The notes: generated from the letters alone by a model not told the origin. A stretch of DNA of 64,000 nucleotides from an uncultured Aliarcobacter sp. (GCA_963677435.1 OY781945.1:2720001-2784000), one strand, 5' to 3'; shown: positions 18,570 through 30,030, counted from the first letter of the stretch. Made by a program: numbers and translations.

Positions 18570-20127
18570 TTTTGATAACTTTATAATAAGAAACTTTAAG
18601 ATATCTATTGCGTTTTTTGCCCTTGGACTATTTTTTGGAATAATTTATTCTATAAATCTCTTAGGTTTTAGTATAAATTCTGAAACATTAAATCCAATGA
18701 ATATGAGATCAATTCATATTTCTTTAATGCTTTATGGTTTTGTGCCTTTAATGCTTTCGTATTTACCTTTTTTACTAATAAACAAAGAAGTTGGATTTGA
18801 TAAAGAAGGATTAAGATATTTAAATATTTACACTATTGTTTGGTTTATATTTCTAGTATTTATGGTAGTTTCATTACTTCTTGGGAAAAGTAGAGGTTTA
18901 GCTTTTTATGATTTTACTTATGAGTTAAATTTCTTACTGGCAATCGCGGGTATATTTTATATTATCGCTTTATACAAATTTATTAGACTTTATAAAAATG
19001 TTCTTCCTTTGTGGATAAAAGTGTGTTTAAGAGTTGTAATTATTGCTCCAATTACACTATTAGTTTTAATGAATCCAATTATTGGACAAGTTGAAAGTAC
19101 TGTATCTGGACCTCATGGAGATAATACTTTGGGAATGAGTTTGGCTTTACTTCCAATTTATTATTTAATAATTAAACTACTAAATATTGATAATTTTAAA
19201 GCTAGATGGAATATGCTTTGGATTATTCCAACAGTTTTTTATTTTGGCTCAGTATTACACAGAATTGTTCTAGGACCACTAACTTACAATCAAGAGTGGT
19301 TTTTACAATACTTAACACTTTTATATGTTCCACTTTTATATAGATGGTTTAAAGATAGTGACATTTTACCCCATGCAAAAAAGGCTTTATTGATTTCAAT
19401 CTTTGCATTTTTGTTTGTTGATGTTGAGGGGAATATTATCTTTATTCCTGAAATTAGATGGCTTTTTCACAGAAATGATTTAATTGTAGCTCACGCCCAC
19501 ATGGCTATGGGAATTGCTGTATTTTTTATGGTAATTTCTATGTTTATAACTTATATTAAAGAGCTTCAAAAAGCTATCTATTTAGATTTTTATCTATTTG
19601 CACTTTTAGGAATATTTACAGTTTTATCTATTTCTGGTTTTACAGAAGCTGGATTTATAAATATTCCAACAGAAAATCTATGGGTTTTACGAACTATTTT
19701 TGGACTTTTTGCTTTGGTATTTATTTTTGCTTTTATCAAAATTAAAAAGAGTTACTCAAACCTTGAATTTTATAATATTGCAGGAATCTTAAGTGATGGA
19801 TTTGGTGGAGTTTTTTTAGTTTTACTTGCAAGTTTTATATATCCTCTTGTTGGATTTAGCTTTAATGGAGTTTATGAATATGTTGTATTTACTTTTGTTT
19901 GTATGACTGGTGTTATTCATTTTATGGCTTTAAAAAATCCATCAAGTCAAATAGTTTTAACAAAACTAAGTGTAATTATTAGAGTATTTGCAAGTGCTAT
20001 GTTTTTTGCTTTATATGCTTCTGGAAAACTTGGCTTTGAAGCCTTGGCAATTTGTCTATTTGATTTGACTTTTGTGTTTGTTTATTTAATCTTTTTTTAT
20101 GAAAAGGAGAGCTTATGCAAAGATTAA
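18553..20127 (+). CDS. Divergent heme-copper oxidoreductase subunit I homologue (cbb3 CcoN/NorB-like) with extra C-terminal TM helices
   Basis: RSIH(55) helix II His; LGKSRGLAFYD loop; VEG; FHRNDLIVAHAH(314/316) helix X; about 16 TM helices; CuB/FeB ligand set altered. Confidence 0.75.
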   Translation: MENLNNFDNFIIRNFKISIAFFALGLFFGIIYSINLLGFSINSETLNPMNMRSIHISLMLYGFVPLMLSYLPFLLINKEVGFDKEGLRYLNIYTIVWFIFLVFMVVSLLLGKSRGLAFYDFTYELNFLLAIAGIFYIIALYKFIRLYKNVLPLWIKVCLRVVIIAPITLLVLMNPIIGQVESTVSGPHGDNTLGMSLALLPIYYLIIKLLNIDNFKARWNMLWIIPTVFYFGSVLHRIVLGPLTYNQEWFLQYLTLLYVPLLYRWFKDSDILPHAKKALLISIFAFLFVDVEGNIIFIPEIRWLFHRNDLIVAHAHMAMGIAVFFMVISMFITYIKELQKAIYLDFYLFALLGIFTVLSISGFTEAGFINIPTENLWVLRTIFGLFALVFIFAFIKIKKSYSNLEFYNIAGILSDGFGGVFLVLLASFIYPLVGFSFNGVYEYVVFTFVCMTGVIHFMALKNPSSQIVLTKLSVIIRVFASAMFFALYASGKLGFEALAICLFDLTFVFVYLIFFYEKESLCKD

Positions 20128-21083
20128 TTTTAATACTTTTTATAGCAAGCGAACTTTGTTATTATCTACTAATTGCTCAAACAGGAATTGTTGAGTATTT
20201 TTCATCGGATCTATTTTTGATAGCACCTCTTCCAATTGGAGGAATTATTGGCTCAATTGTGGTTTCGTATATAAAAATTGATACAAGAAATAAAATTTCT
20301 ATGTTTTTAATCATGCAATTACTAATGAGTTTTTTATATCCAAATTTCAATTTTTTGACTCTATTTATTTTAGGATTTGCAGTTGGTTCAATGGCTCCTC
20401 TAATTATAAATGAAATCAAAAAAGCAAGCCTATTTGAATTAGGACTTGCCCTTTGTCTTTCTTATGTAACTGGAACTTTATTGTTTAATTATGAAGTTAA
20501 TGAAAGGGGAATTATTGCAATTATACTTACTACTATTACATTACTTACTTCAAGATTTTTACCAAAAGAAGAATTAAGTCAAAATTCTAATATGGAATTT
20601 CCATTATTAATGATGGTTTTATGGGTATTTTTGGATTCTACACTTTTCGAGTCACTTTCAAGGGATGTTACTCTTTCTATTTGGAGAGATGGGTTTACCT
20701 TTCAAATTGCACTTTTTCATATTATTGGAGTCTTTTCAGCTCTATATTTAAGATTTGATAAAAATCAAAAAAGTTTATTAATCATAACTTTATTTGCACT
20801 TTCATATCTATTTTATTTTCTAAGAGAAGGATATGTTTTATCAATGATTTATCCAGTTGTAATATCTTATTACAATGTAGTAATTTTACAAACTATTATA
20901 AAAAAAGATTTTAGAATTATTACATTTTATATGATTTTTATTGGCTGGATGGCTTCTGGTGCTGGGCTTTTTGTAGCTTTGGCAAATCTAATTTTATTTG
21001 TTCCAATTGTTTTATTAGTAGTAATACTCAAAATAATGATTGGCGAATATAAACCAAATAACAAGGAGATAGAATATGTTTAA
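20115..21083 (+). CDS. Polytopic membrane protein (possibly MFS-like)
   Basis: 322 aa, about 10-12 hydrophobic segments; AAGGAG RBS; overlaps both neighbours. Confidence 0.7.
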   Translation: MQRLILILFIASELCYYLLIAQTGIVEYFSSDLFLIAPLPIGGIIGSIVVSYIKIDTRNKISMFLIMQLLMSFLYPNFNFLTLFILGFAVGSMAPLIINEIKKASLFELGLALCLSYVTGTLLFNYEVNERGIIAIILTTITLLTSRFLPKEELSQNSNMEFPLLMMVLWVFLDSTLFESLSRDVTLSIWRDGFTFQIALFHIIGVFSALYLRFDKNQKSLLIITLFALSYLFYFLREGYVLSMIYPVVISYYNVVILQTIIKKDFRIITFYMIFIGWMASGAGLFVALANLILFVPIVLLVVILKIMIGEYKPNNKEIEYV

Positions 21084-21600
21084 ATTATTAATAGTTTTAA
21101 GTTTAGTTTTATTTGCAAATGCAAGTAATCTTAGTGTTCAAAATGGTGAGATAATTGCTCACACGGAAGTTTTTGGAGATAGTCAAATTAATCCAACAAC
21201 TAAAAATGTTAAATCTGATTTAACAATGAATGATTCAATAGAATCAATCAAAGGCAAAATCTATTTTGATACTTTATCTTTAATTAGTGATGAAAAAACT
21301 AGAGATGAACATATGTATAAACTACTAAATGTTGAAAAATATAAAACAATCTCTTGCGATATTAGAAGTATTACAAAAGTAGGAGATGATTATGAATTAA
21401 AAGGTATTTTAACTATAAATGGTATTTCAAAAAATCTAAAAGCAAAAGTATCTATATCTGAAGCTAATAATATAATTTCACTAAAAGGAAATTTCTCATT
21501 TAATCTTACAGATTTTTCAATGGAACCACCAAAAATGATGTTTTTAACAGTAAGAAATCAAATTGATATTTCTTATAATATCAATTTAGAAGTTAAATAA
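21076..21600 (+). CDS. YceI-family polyisoprenoid/lipid-binding periplasmic protein
   Basis: Signal peptide; RDEHM, GILTINGISK, FNLTDFSMEPP. Confidence 0.85.
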   Translation: MFKLLIVLSLVLFANASNLSVQNGEIIAHTEVFGDSQINPTTKNVKSDLTMNDSIESIKGKIYFDTLSLISDEKTRDEHMYKLLNVEKYKTISCDIRSITKVGDDYELKGILTINGISKNLKAKVSISEANNIISLKGNFSFNLTDFSMEPPKMMFLTVRNQIDISYNINLEVK

Positions 21601-22056
21601 ATGATAAAAAGACTTATTTTATTAATCCTAGTTTGCTTTTTTGCAAAGGCTTCAACTTTAAAACTTGATGATAAAATAAGTAATTTTTCACTACCAAATC
21701 AATTTGATAAAATCCATACAATAAATGATGAAATTTCAATAATAATTATTGCATTTCAAAAAGAAGATGCAAAGTTAGTAAATGACTTTTTATCTATAAA
21801 GAGTAGTGATTTTTTAGAAAAAAAACATGCTGTTTTTATTGATAATATTTCAAAAACATCACCCATTATAGTAAAACTATTTACAATACCAGAACTTAGA
21901 GATTATAAATATAATGTGCTCTTAATTTATAATGAAAATAGCAAAAGATTTTTAGAACAAGAGGGAAAGATAACTGTTTATTTAATAAAAGATGGATTAG
22001 TAAAAGATATTAAATATATCTCTTCACAAGAAGAGTTAGAAGGAGTTTTAAAATGA
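21601..22056 (+). CDS. Exported protein, probably a Cys-less thioredoxin-like fold
   Basis: Signal peptide; FSLPNQFDK resembles the AhpC/TSA N-terminal strand; no CxxC. Confidence 0.6.
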   Translation: MIKRLILLILVCFFAKASTLKLDDKISNFSLPNQFDKIHTINDEISIIIIAFQKEDAKLVNDFLSIKSSDFLEKKHAVFIDNISKTSPIIVKLFTIPELRDYKYNVLLIYNENSKRFLEQEGKITVYLIKDGLVKDIKYISSQEELEGVLK

Positions 22057-22781
22057 CTCTTTCTAATTTTCAAACAGTTGAAATATTTGTAAAAAATGAA
22101 AAATTAAATGATTTAAAAATACTACATTTAAGCGATTTGCATATAAATAAAAAAACAACTATTTCCCAAGTTAAAGAACTTGTATTTTTGTGTAATAATT
22201 TAATTTTTGATTTTGTAGTAATAACTGGTGATATAATTGATACAAAAGTAAAGTTTATAAAAGAAAAACTTCAAATTTTGAATAAATTAAAAGGAGTTGT
22301 TTATTATATAAGTGGAAATCATGACCTATTTTATGGTTTAGAAGATTTAAAAAATGAACTTTTTAATTTTATTTTTATGGATAATAAGTGCAAAGAGTTT
22401 ATCTATAAAAATGAAACTATTTTTTTAGCTGGACTTCCTGATAGATTTTCTAAGTTTTTTAAAATCAAAAGGGAAGAGAAACAAATAGAAAATTATTTAA
22501 AAAATGAACCCTCAATTTTTTTAGCACATCAACCAAAAGATTACAAAATAGCTCTAAATTCGAACTCAACTCTTTTTTTATGTGGACATACACATGGTGG
22601 ACAGATTTATCCTTTTCACTATTTAGTAAAACTAGTTCAACCTTTTTTAGCAGGACTTTTTTATAAAAAAAATACAGCAATTTATGTAAATAAGGGAATT
22701 GGAACTTGGGGTATTGATTTTAGATATAAAGCAAATGCAGAAATAACAATAGTAAAATTAATAACAAAAATTGTAAAATAA
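22053..22781 (+). CDS. Calcineurin-like metallophosphoesterase (YkuE/YaeI-like)
   Basis: SDLH, TGDIID, GNHD, AHQP, GHTHGGQ. Confidence 0.92.
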   Translation: MTLSNFQTVEIFVKNEKLNDLKILHLSDLHINKKTTISQVKELVFLCNNLIFDFVVITGDIIDTKVKFIKEKLQILNKLKGVVYYISGNHDLFYGLEDLKNELFNFIFMDNKCKEFIYKNETIFLAGLPDRFSKFFKIKREEKQIENYLKNEPSIFLAHQPKDYKIALNSNSTLFLCGHTHGGQIYPFHYLVKLVQPFLAGLFYKKNTAIYVNKGIGTWGIDFRYKANAEITIVKLITKIVK

Positions 22782-22784
22782 TTT

Positions 22785-23453
22785 ATGAAAATATTAATAA
22801 TAGAAGATGATTTAAAAATAATTAACTTTTTAAAAAAAGGCTTAGAAGAAGAGTGTTATGTTGTAGATTTTTCTACAAATGGAGATGAGGGTTTATATCT
22901 TGCAAGTGTAAATGAATATGATTTAATTTTACTTGATATTATGCTTCCTGTTAAGAATGGAATGGAAGTTTGTAAAAGCTTAAGAGACTCAAATAATCAA
23001 ACTCCAATAATAATGTTAACTGCAAAAGATTCAATTGAAGACAAAATAAAAGGCTTAGATGCTGGAGCAAATGATTATTTAGCTAAACCTTTCTCTTTTG
23101 CTGAATTACTTGCAAGAATAAGAGTGCAATTAAGAATGCAAAGTGCAACACAAACAAAAATTTCAATAGCAGATTTAGAACTTGATTTATTAAACAAAAC
23201 AGCTATTAGAGCAAATGAAAATATAGTTCTAACAGCAAAAGAGTTCACCCTTTTAGAATATCTTATAAAAAACAAAAATAGAGTATTAAGTGAAACTGCA
23301 ATAAATTCAGCACTATCATCTTTTGAAGAGTCAAATATGAGTAATATTGTAAATGTATATATTTATAGATTAAGAAATAAGATTGATAAAAATTTTGATA
23401 TAAAACTAATAAAAACAATAAGAGGAATAGGATTTAAAATAAGTGACAACTAA
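22785..23453 (+). CDS. OmpR-family response regulator (CusR/CzcR-like)
   Basis: IIEDD, LLDIMLP, MLTAKD, GANDYLAKPF, wHTH (VYIYRLRNKID, TIRGIGF). Confidence 0.93.
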   Translation: MKILIIEDDLKIINFLKKGLEEECYVVDFSTNGDEGLYLASVNEYDLILLDIMLPVKNGMEVCKSLRDSNNQTPIIMLTAKDSIEDKIKGLDAGANDYLAKPFSFAELLARIRVQLRMQSATQTKISIADLELDLLNKTAIRANENIVLTAKEFTLLEYLIKNKNRVLSETAINSALSSFEESNMSNIVNVYIYRLRNKIDKNFDIKLIKTIRGIGFKISDN

Positions 23454-24825
23454 TTTATCAATAAAGAAAAAACTTCTTATTTATAGTTTTTTTATACAAG
23501 TAATTATTCTTGTAATTTTTTCTTTTTCAATTTATAAAGCATTAGAACTCTCAACAATAGATAGATATCAAGCAACTTTAAAAGTTATACTTCTTGATAT
23601 TGTAGATGATTTAAAAGAGAAAAAGAATCTTTTTGATAATGTATTAGATGAAGAGAAAGAATACAATTTCGATCCTTTATATATTCGAATCTTAGATAAT
23701 AGTAATTCTCATAAAAAAATAATGCAAACTTCAAATTTTCCAAATGATTTACAAAGTAGCAATGAATATTTAGATGCTTTAAAAGATGATATTATTACTT
23801 TCCAAGAGCAAGATGTTTATCTAATAAATAGAATTAAAATTAATTTCAATTCTTCTTTAAAAATCATAGTTGAAATTGCTACAACTAAAGATATGCTTTG
23901 GACAACACTAGAAAATCTACTTTATATTTTATGTTTTATAGTTCCTATTGTTTTGATATTTGCAGTAATTGGTGGTAATTTTTTAATATATAAATCTTTT
24001 TCTCCAATAGAAAAAGTTTTAGAAGAGTTAAAAAACATAACTGCAATTGATTTAACAGCTAGATTAAAAAGTACAAAAAATCAAGATGAAATAAATCAGC
24101 TAATAAATGAGATAAACAATCTTCTTGAAAGATTAGAATCATCTTTTGAAAGAATTTCCCAATTTAGCTCTGATGCTTCTCATGAGTTAAAAACTCCACT
24201 TACTATTATAAAAGGTGAGATAGAAATAGCTTTAAGAAAAGATAGAAGTGTAGATGAATATAAACAAACTTTAAATACATCCCTTGAAGAAGTTATTATA
24301 ATTGAGCAAACTATAAATGATTTACTCTTTTTAGCAAAAAATGAAAAAGATATAATCTCTGATGACATGCAAACACTTATTTATTTTGATGAAATTATTG
24401 ATGAATCAATAAATGAAGTTAAAAATTTTGCAAAACTTCATCAAATAAAAATAAAATTTGAACTAATTGATACTATTGAAGTTAAAGGCTATTCAAATCT
24501 TTTAAAGATTGCAATTAAAAATATCTTGAAAAATGCTATACAATTTAGTCATGAAAATTCAGAAATATTAGTAAAGTCTTATAAAAAAGATGAATTATTT
24601 AATATTAGTATTCAAGATTTTGGAATAGGAATTGAAGAAAAAGAAAAAGAAAAAATATTTGAGAAATTTTATAGAACAGACAAAAGTAGAAATAAAAACT
24701 CAGGTGGTACGGGTCTTGGAATGTCTATTGTTAAAAAAATTATTGACATACATAAAGCAGAAGTAATAATTAAAAGTAAAGAAAATTTTGGAACTACAAT
24801 TATTTTATCTTTTAAGAATAAATAA
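23443..24825 (+). CDS. Sensor histidine kinase with HAMP domain (CusS-like)
   Basis: 2 TM helices, HAMP, DASHELKTPL, DFGIG, FEKFYR, GTGLGMSI. Confidence 0.93.
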   Translation: MTTNLSIKKKLLIYSFFIQVIILVIFSFSIYKALELSTIDRYQATLKVILLDIVDDLKEKKNLFDNVLDEEKEYNFDPLYIRILDNSNSHKKIMQTSNFPNDLQSSNEYLDALKDDIITFQEQDVYLINRIKINFNSSLKIIVEIATTKDMLWTTLENLLYILCFIVPIVLIFAVIGGNFLIYKSFSPIEKVLEELKNITAIDLTARLKSTKNQDEINQLINEINNLLERLESSFERISQFSSDASHELKTPLTIIKGEIEIALRKDRSVDEYKQTLNTSLEEVIIIEQTINDLLFLAKNEKDIISDDMQTLIYFDEIIDESINEVKNFAKLHQIKIKFELIDTIEVKGYSNLLKIAIKNILKNAIQFSHENSEILVKSYKKDELFNISIQDFGIGIEEKEKEKIFEKFYRTDKSRNKNSGGTGLGMSIVKKIIDIHKAEVIIKSKENFGTTIILSFKNK

Positions 24826-24860
24826 TTTTTCTTGATTCAGTTTGTTTTAATCTAAAAAGA

Positions 24861-24869
24861 TGTTATAAT
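24861..24869 (+). promoter_or_regulatory. Extended -10 promoter (TGTTATAAT)
   Basis: Exact TGnTATAAT with no long ORF downstream on this strand. Confidence 0.6.
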
Positions 24870-24899
24870 TACATATCTTAAAGCAATTTGGAGGTGTGA

Positions 24900-24938
24900 A
24901 TGACGAACTTTTACCTTTTTACGGTTGTTAAAAATTAA
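24900..24938 (+). CDS. Candidate 12-aa small ORF MTNFYLFTVVKN
   Basis: GGAGGTG Shine-Dalgarno at 24890-24896, ATG at 24900, TAA at 24936-24938. Confidence 0.45.
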   Translation: MTNFYLFTVVKN

Positions 24939-25011
24939 TTTAGTTATAAGTTTATTTTCAAATAAACTTTAGTAAATAAGATGGTATTTACTAAAAAATA
25001 ATATTTAAATG

Positions 25012-25046
25012 GGGTTATAGAAAAGAATTTCTATAACCCTTTTTTT
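25012..25046 (+). terminator. Intrinsic terminator
   Basis: Perfect 12-bp stem GGGTTATAGAAA/TTTCTATAACCC, 4-nt loop, then T7. Confidence 0.85.
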
Positions 25047-25052
25047 ATATAT

Positions 25053-26267
25053 TTATGTAAAAACTATATCAATTGCATCAATAATATTTGCATCAATTTC
25101 CAAATCACTCAAATTTTTTCTTAATAAATCAATTGCTTGATTATGTGTCATTGATTTTCGATAAGGTCTATCTTCTACTAAAGCTTGATAAAAATCTAAA
25201 CAAGAGACTATTCTTTCTTCTAAACCTAATTCATTTGAAGTTAAACCAAAAGGATAACCACTTCCATCTAGTCTTTCATGATGAGCTGATGCCCATTTAG
25301 TTATATCACTAAATCCATCAATTTTATTCAATATTGTATGTGTTAGATATGCATGTTTTTTAACTTCAAAGAGTTCACTTTTTGTTAAAATACCTTCTTT
25401 ATCTAAAATAGCATTTGGAGTACCTAATTTTCCAATATCATGTAAATTTGATGCTATTTGGATTTTTAATTTTGTCTCTTCATCTAAATTAAAATATTCT
25501 ACAAGTCTTAAAGATTTTTCTTCTAAATCAATTGAATGTTTTGCTGTAAATTTTGATTTCCCATCAATAATTTTTGAAAAAATTTTGGTAATTAATAAAA
25601 ATTTATTAAGACTAACTTCAATAGTAAAATTTGGTAAAATTTTTTCAAGGGGATTTACTTCATCAAAATATTGTAAATCTCCCCAAAATGAAAAAGATTC
25701 AGATAATTTTTTATATGCTAAAACTAAATCTTTACTAAATAGTTTTGATTCATTATCAAATACAAATTTATTTATTTCTTCTTTTTTATCATAATCTATA
25801 ATTGTTAAATCAAAATTTGTGTCTATTAGATCTGCAAAAGATATTATTTGAGAAAATATTGGTATTTCGTTACCTTTCTTTCCAAAAAGACCAGAACCAT
25901 CAAAATTTTCATGATGATATAAAATAATATTTTCATAAGAGTTTAAAAAAGGGAAGTCTTTAATATTATTTTCACCAATAACACAATGTTCAGAAAAGTT
26001 AATAATATTAAAATAATCTTCTAAATAAGATTTTTCATATTTAGTAGAAAAATTGCAATAACTCTCTATTAAGCCATTATCATGTAATAAAGAGTATGAG
26101 CATAAATCAAATCTTTCTTCATCACTTAAATTTAGTAAGGAAGCAATTTTAAGGCTTATATATGCAACTCGCTTACTATGTTTATAAGATGTACATCTTA
26201 TTTCACTCTCTGCTAAATCTAAAGCAAATGATATAGAAAATAGAAATTTATTTAGGCTTAAAGTCAT
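25053..26267 (-). CDS. Tandem HD / HD-GYP domain phosphodiesterase
   Basis: LLHDNG..HHENFDGSGLF in the first domain; LHDIGK..HHERLDGSGYP..DRPYR in the second. Confidence 0.88.
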   Translation of the reverse strand: MTLSLNKFLFSISFALDLAESEIRCTSYKHSKRVAYISLKIASLLNLSDEERFDLCSYSLLHDNGLIESYCNFSTKYEKSYLEDYFNIINFSEHCVIGENNIKDFPFLNSYENIILYHHENFDGSGLFGKKGNEIPIFSQIISFADLIDTNFDLTIIDYDKKEEINKFVFDNESKLFSKDLVLAYKKLSESFSFWGDLQYFDEVNPLEKILPNFTIEVSLNKFLLITKIFSKIIDGKSKFTAKHSIDLEEKSLRLVEYFNLDEETKLKIQIASNLHDIGKLGTPNAILDKEGILTKSELFEVKKHAYLTHTILNKIDGFSDITKWASAHHERLDGSGYPFGLTSNELGLEERIVSCLDFYQALVEDRPYRKSMTHNQAIDLLRKNLSDLEIDANIIDAIDIVFT

Positions 26268-26358
26268 ATATAATACCTTTTTTATTGATAATTAATTTAT
26301 TATAACAAAAAAAATATTTATTTTTTAATATTATTTATCTTAAATTTATTATTAAATA

Positions 26359-26391
26359 AAAAAAGGGCAAGGTTAAAAACCCTACCCTTTT
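26359..26391 (-). terminator. Intrinsic terminator after groEL
   Basis: Minus-strand AAAAGGGTAGGGTT/AACCTTGCCCTTTT stem ending in a T run. Confidence 0.75.
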
Positions 26392-26421
26392 AAAAAATAT
26401 AACTTTTTTATAAATGATTTA

Positions 26422-28316
<1,895 letters not shown>

Positions 28317-28362
28317 GGTATTTCCTTTTATTATAATTGTATTTCATTTAAAACTTAGACAT

Positions 28363-28389
28363 TTAGCACTCTAAAATTCTAAGTGCTAA
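28363..28389. promoter_or_regulatory. CIRCE operator (HrcA)
   Basis: TTAGCACTC-N9-AAGTGCTAA, one mismatch to the TTAGCACTC-N9-GAGTGCTAA consensus, upstream of groES. Confidence 0.9.
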
Positions 28390-28418
28390 ATTTTATTAAA
28401 ATAAACAAATTTTGTCAA
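28390..28418 (-). promoter_or_regulatory. sigma70-type groESL promoter
   Basis: Minus-strand TTGACA-17 bp-TAAAAT directly upstream of the CIRCE. Confidence 0.8.
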
Positions 28419-28453
28419 GAGGTTTGAGTTAATTTGACTAAGAGTTTAAAACT

Positions 28454-29332
28454 TTATTTATGTCTATTAATATATTTTAAAAGTAACTCTTCTAAAGATA
28501 GTTTAAGATTTTCATCAAAAGTGTTAAGAATATTTGTACATTTTAAAGCTAATTCATCTGCACTTTTAATAGCACCATTTAATCCTAATAAATTTACAAA
28601 AGAGTTCTTATTTGCATCATTTTGTGTAGTTTTTCCAGCTTCAACTGAAGTGCAAGTTTCATCTATGATATCATCTTGTATTTGGAATAATAAGCCTAAA
28701 TCAATACCAAAATTATAAAGTTTTTCTTGAGTAGTTAAATCATATTCACTAATAATTGCACCCATTTTTAGGCTTGCAGCTATTAGTTTTGCTGTTTTAT
28801 GAATATGTAAAAATTCAAGTTGATCTAACTCTAATTTTTTATTTTCAAAGAAGCAGTCAATGGCTTGACCAATTATCATACCATCAATTCCACCATTTGA
28901 ACTTAAACATTTAACTAAATCAATTTTAATATCATTTGATAAAGAAGCATTTGCCAATAGATTAAAAGCGTGTGTATTTAATGCATCACCAACTAAAATA
29001 GCTGTTACTTCATCATATTTTTTATGTAGAGTTTGAAAACCTCTTCTTAAATCAGCATTATCCATAGCAGGAAGGTCATCATGTACAAGAGAATATGTAT
29101 GTAAGAATTCTAAACCTAATGCAATAGGCAGGCTATTAGAGATTAATAAGCTTTTATTTGATTTTACAACAGATAATAAAAGCATAGGTCGAAATCTCTT
29201 TCCACCTGCTTTTAACATATCAGCTAATGCATCTTCAAAATAAGGATGAAAAGTTTTTGAATTAGGAAGATTATTTATTAAATAATCTTCAAATAAAGAT
29301 AGTAATTTTTCCATTGAGTTATTTTTGTCCAA
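28454..29332 (-). CDS. ispA: Geranyltranstransferase / polyprenyl synthetase
   Basis: GGKRFRP, HDDLPAMDNADLRRG, FQIQDDIID, AGKT. Confidence 0.92.
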   Translation of the reverse strand: MDKNNSMEKLLSLFEDYLINNLPNSKTFHPYFEDALADMLKAGGKRFRPMLLLSVVKSNKSLLISNSLPIALGLEFLHTYSLVHDDLPAMDNADLRRGFQTLHKKYDEVTAILVGDALNTHAFNLLANASLSNDIKIDLVKCLSSNGGIDGMIIGQAIDCFFENKKLELDQLEFLHIHKTAKLIAASLKMGAIISEYDLTTQEKLYNFGIDLGLLFQIQDDIIDETCTSVEAGKTTQNDANKNSFVNLLGLNGAIKSADELALKCTNILNTFDENLKLSLEELLLKYINRHK

Positions 29333-29639
29333 AAGAACCTAATCCACCCATCATATTCATAGCTAACATCTTTTTATTTTCATCACTTTGTTTTATTACA
29401 TCATTCATACATGATATTAATAAAATTTGTAATGAATCTTTATCTTCAAGTAAAGAGTCATCAATTTTTAAATCAATTACTTCAGAATTGCCATTAATAG
29501 AAATCTCAATCATTCCTCCACCAGCTTTTGATGTAAAAATTCTTGAAGCATTTTCATCTTTAGCATTTTTTGCCATGTCTTGAAATTGATTTAGCATATC
29601 ACCTAAATTTAGGTTTTTTAAATCCATTCCATCAAACAT
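29319..29639 (-). CDS. YbaB/EbfC nucleoid-associated protein
   Basis: [29 protein letters not shown]. Confidence 0.9.
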   Translation of the reverse strand: MFDGMDLKNLNLGDMLNQFQDMAKNAKDENASRIFTSKAGGGMIEISINGNSEVIDLKIDDSLLEDKDSLQILLISCMNDVIKQSDENKKMLAMNMMGGLGSFGQK

Positions 29640-30015
29640 GATCACTTCCTACTAATTCATTTGTGATTAATTCTATATTATTTTTATCATCAACTAAAAC
29701 TACAATTGGCTTATAATTTTCAAGTTCAGCTTCACTATATGAAGCATATGAAATAACAATAATTTTATCGCCTATTTCAACTTTTCTTGCAGCTGCTCCA
29801 TTAAGACACATATCTTTAGAACCTGCTTTTCCTTTTATAACATATGTAGCAAATCTTTCACCATTGTTTACATTTACGATTTCAACTTTTTGCCCTACTC
29901 TTAATGCAGATGCTTTCATTAAATCTTCATCAATCGTAATTGACCCAACATAATTCAAATTTGCATCTGTAACAGTTGCTCTATGAATTTTACTATAAAG
30001 CATATCAAATGTCAT
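29632..30015 (-). CDS. panD: Aspartate 1-decarboxylase
   Basis: [28 protein letters not shown]. Confidence 0.97.
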   Translation of the reverse strand: MTFDMLYSKIHRATVTDANLNYVGSITIDEDLMKASALRVGQKVEIVNVNNGERFATYVIKGKAGSKDMCLNGAAARKVEIGDKIIVISYASYSEAELENYKPIVVLVDDKNNIELITNELVGSDHV

Positions 30016-30030
30016 ATATCAATTCCTTTA

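Noticed and set aside
18553..20127. Calling this gene ccoN or norB
   Set aside because: It lacks the canonical three-His CuB/FeB set and has no cytochrome c partner genes
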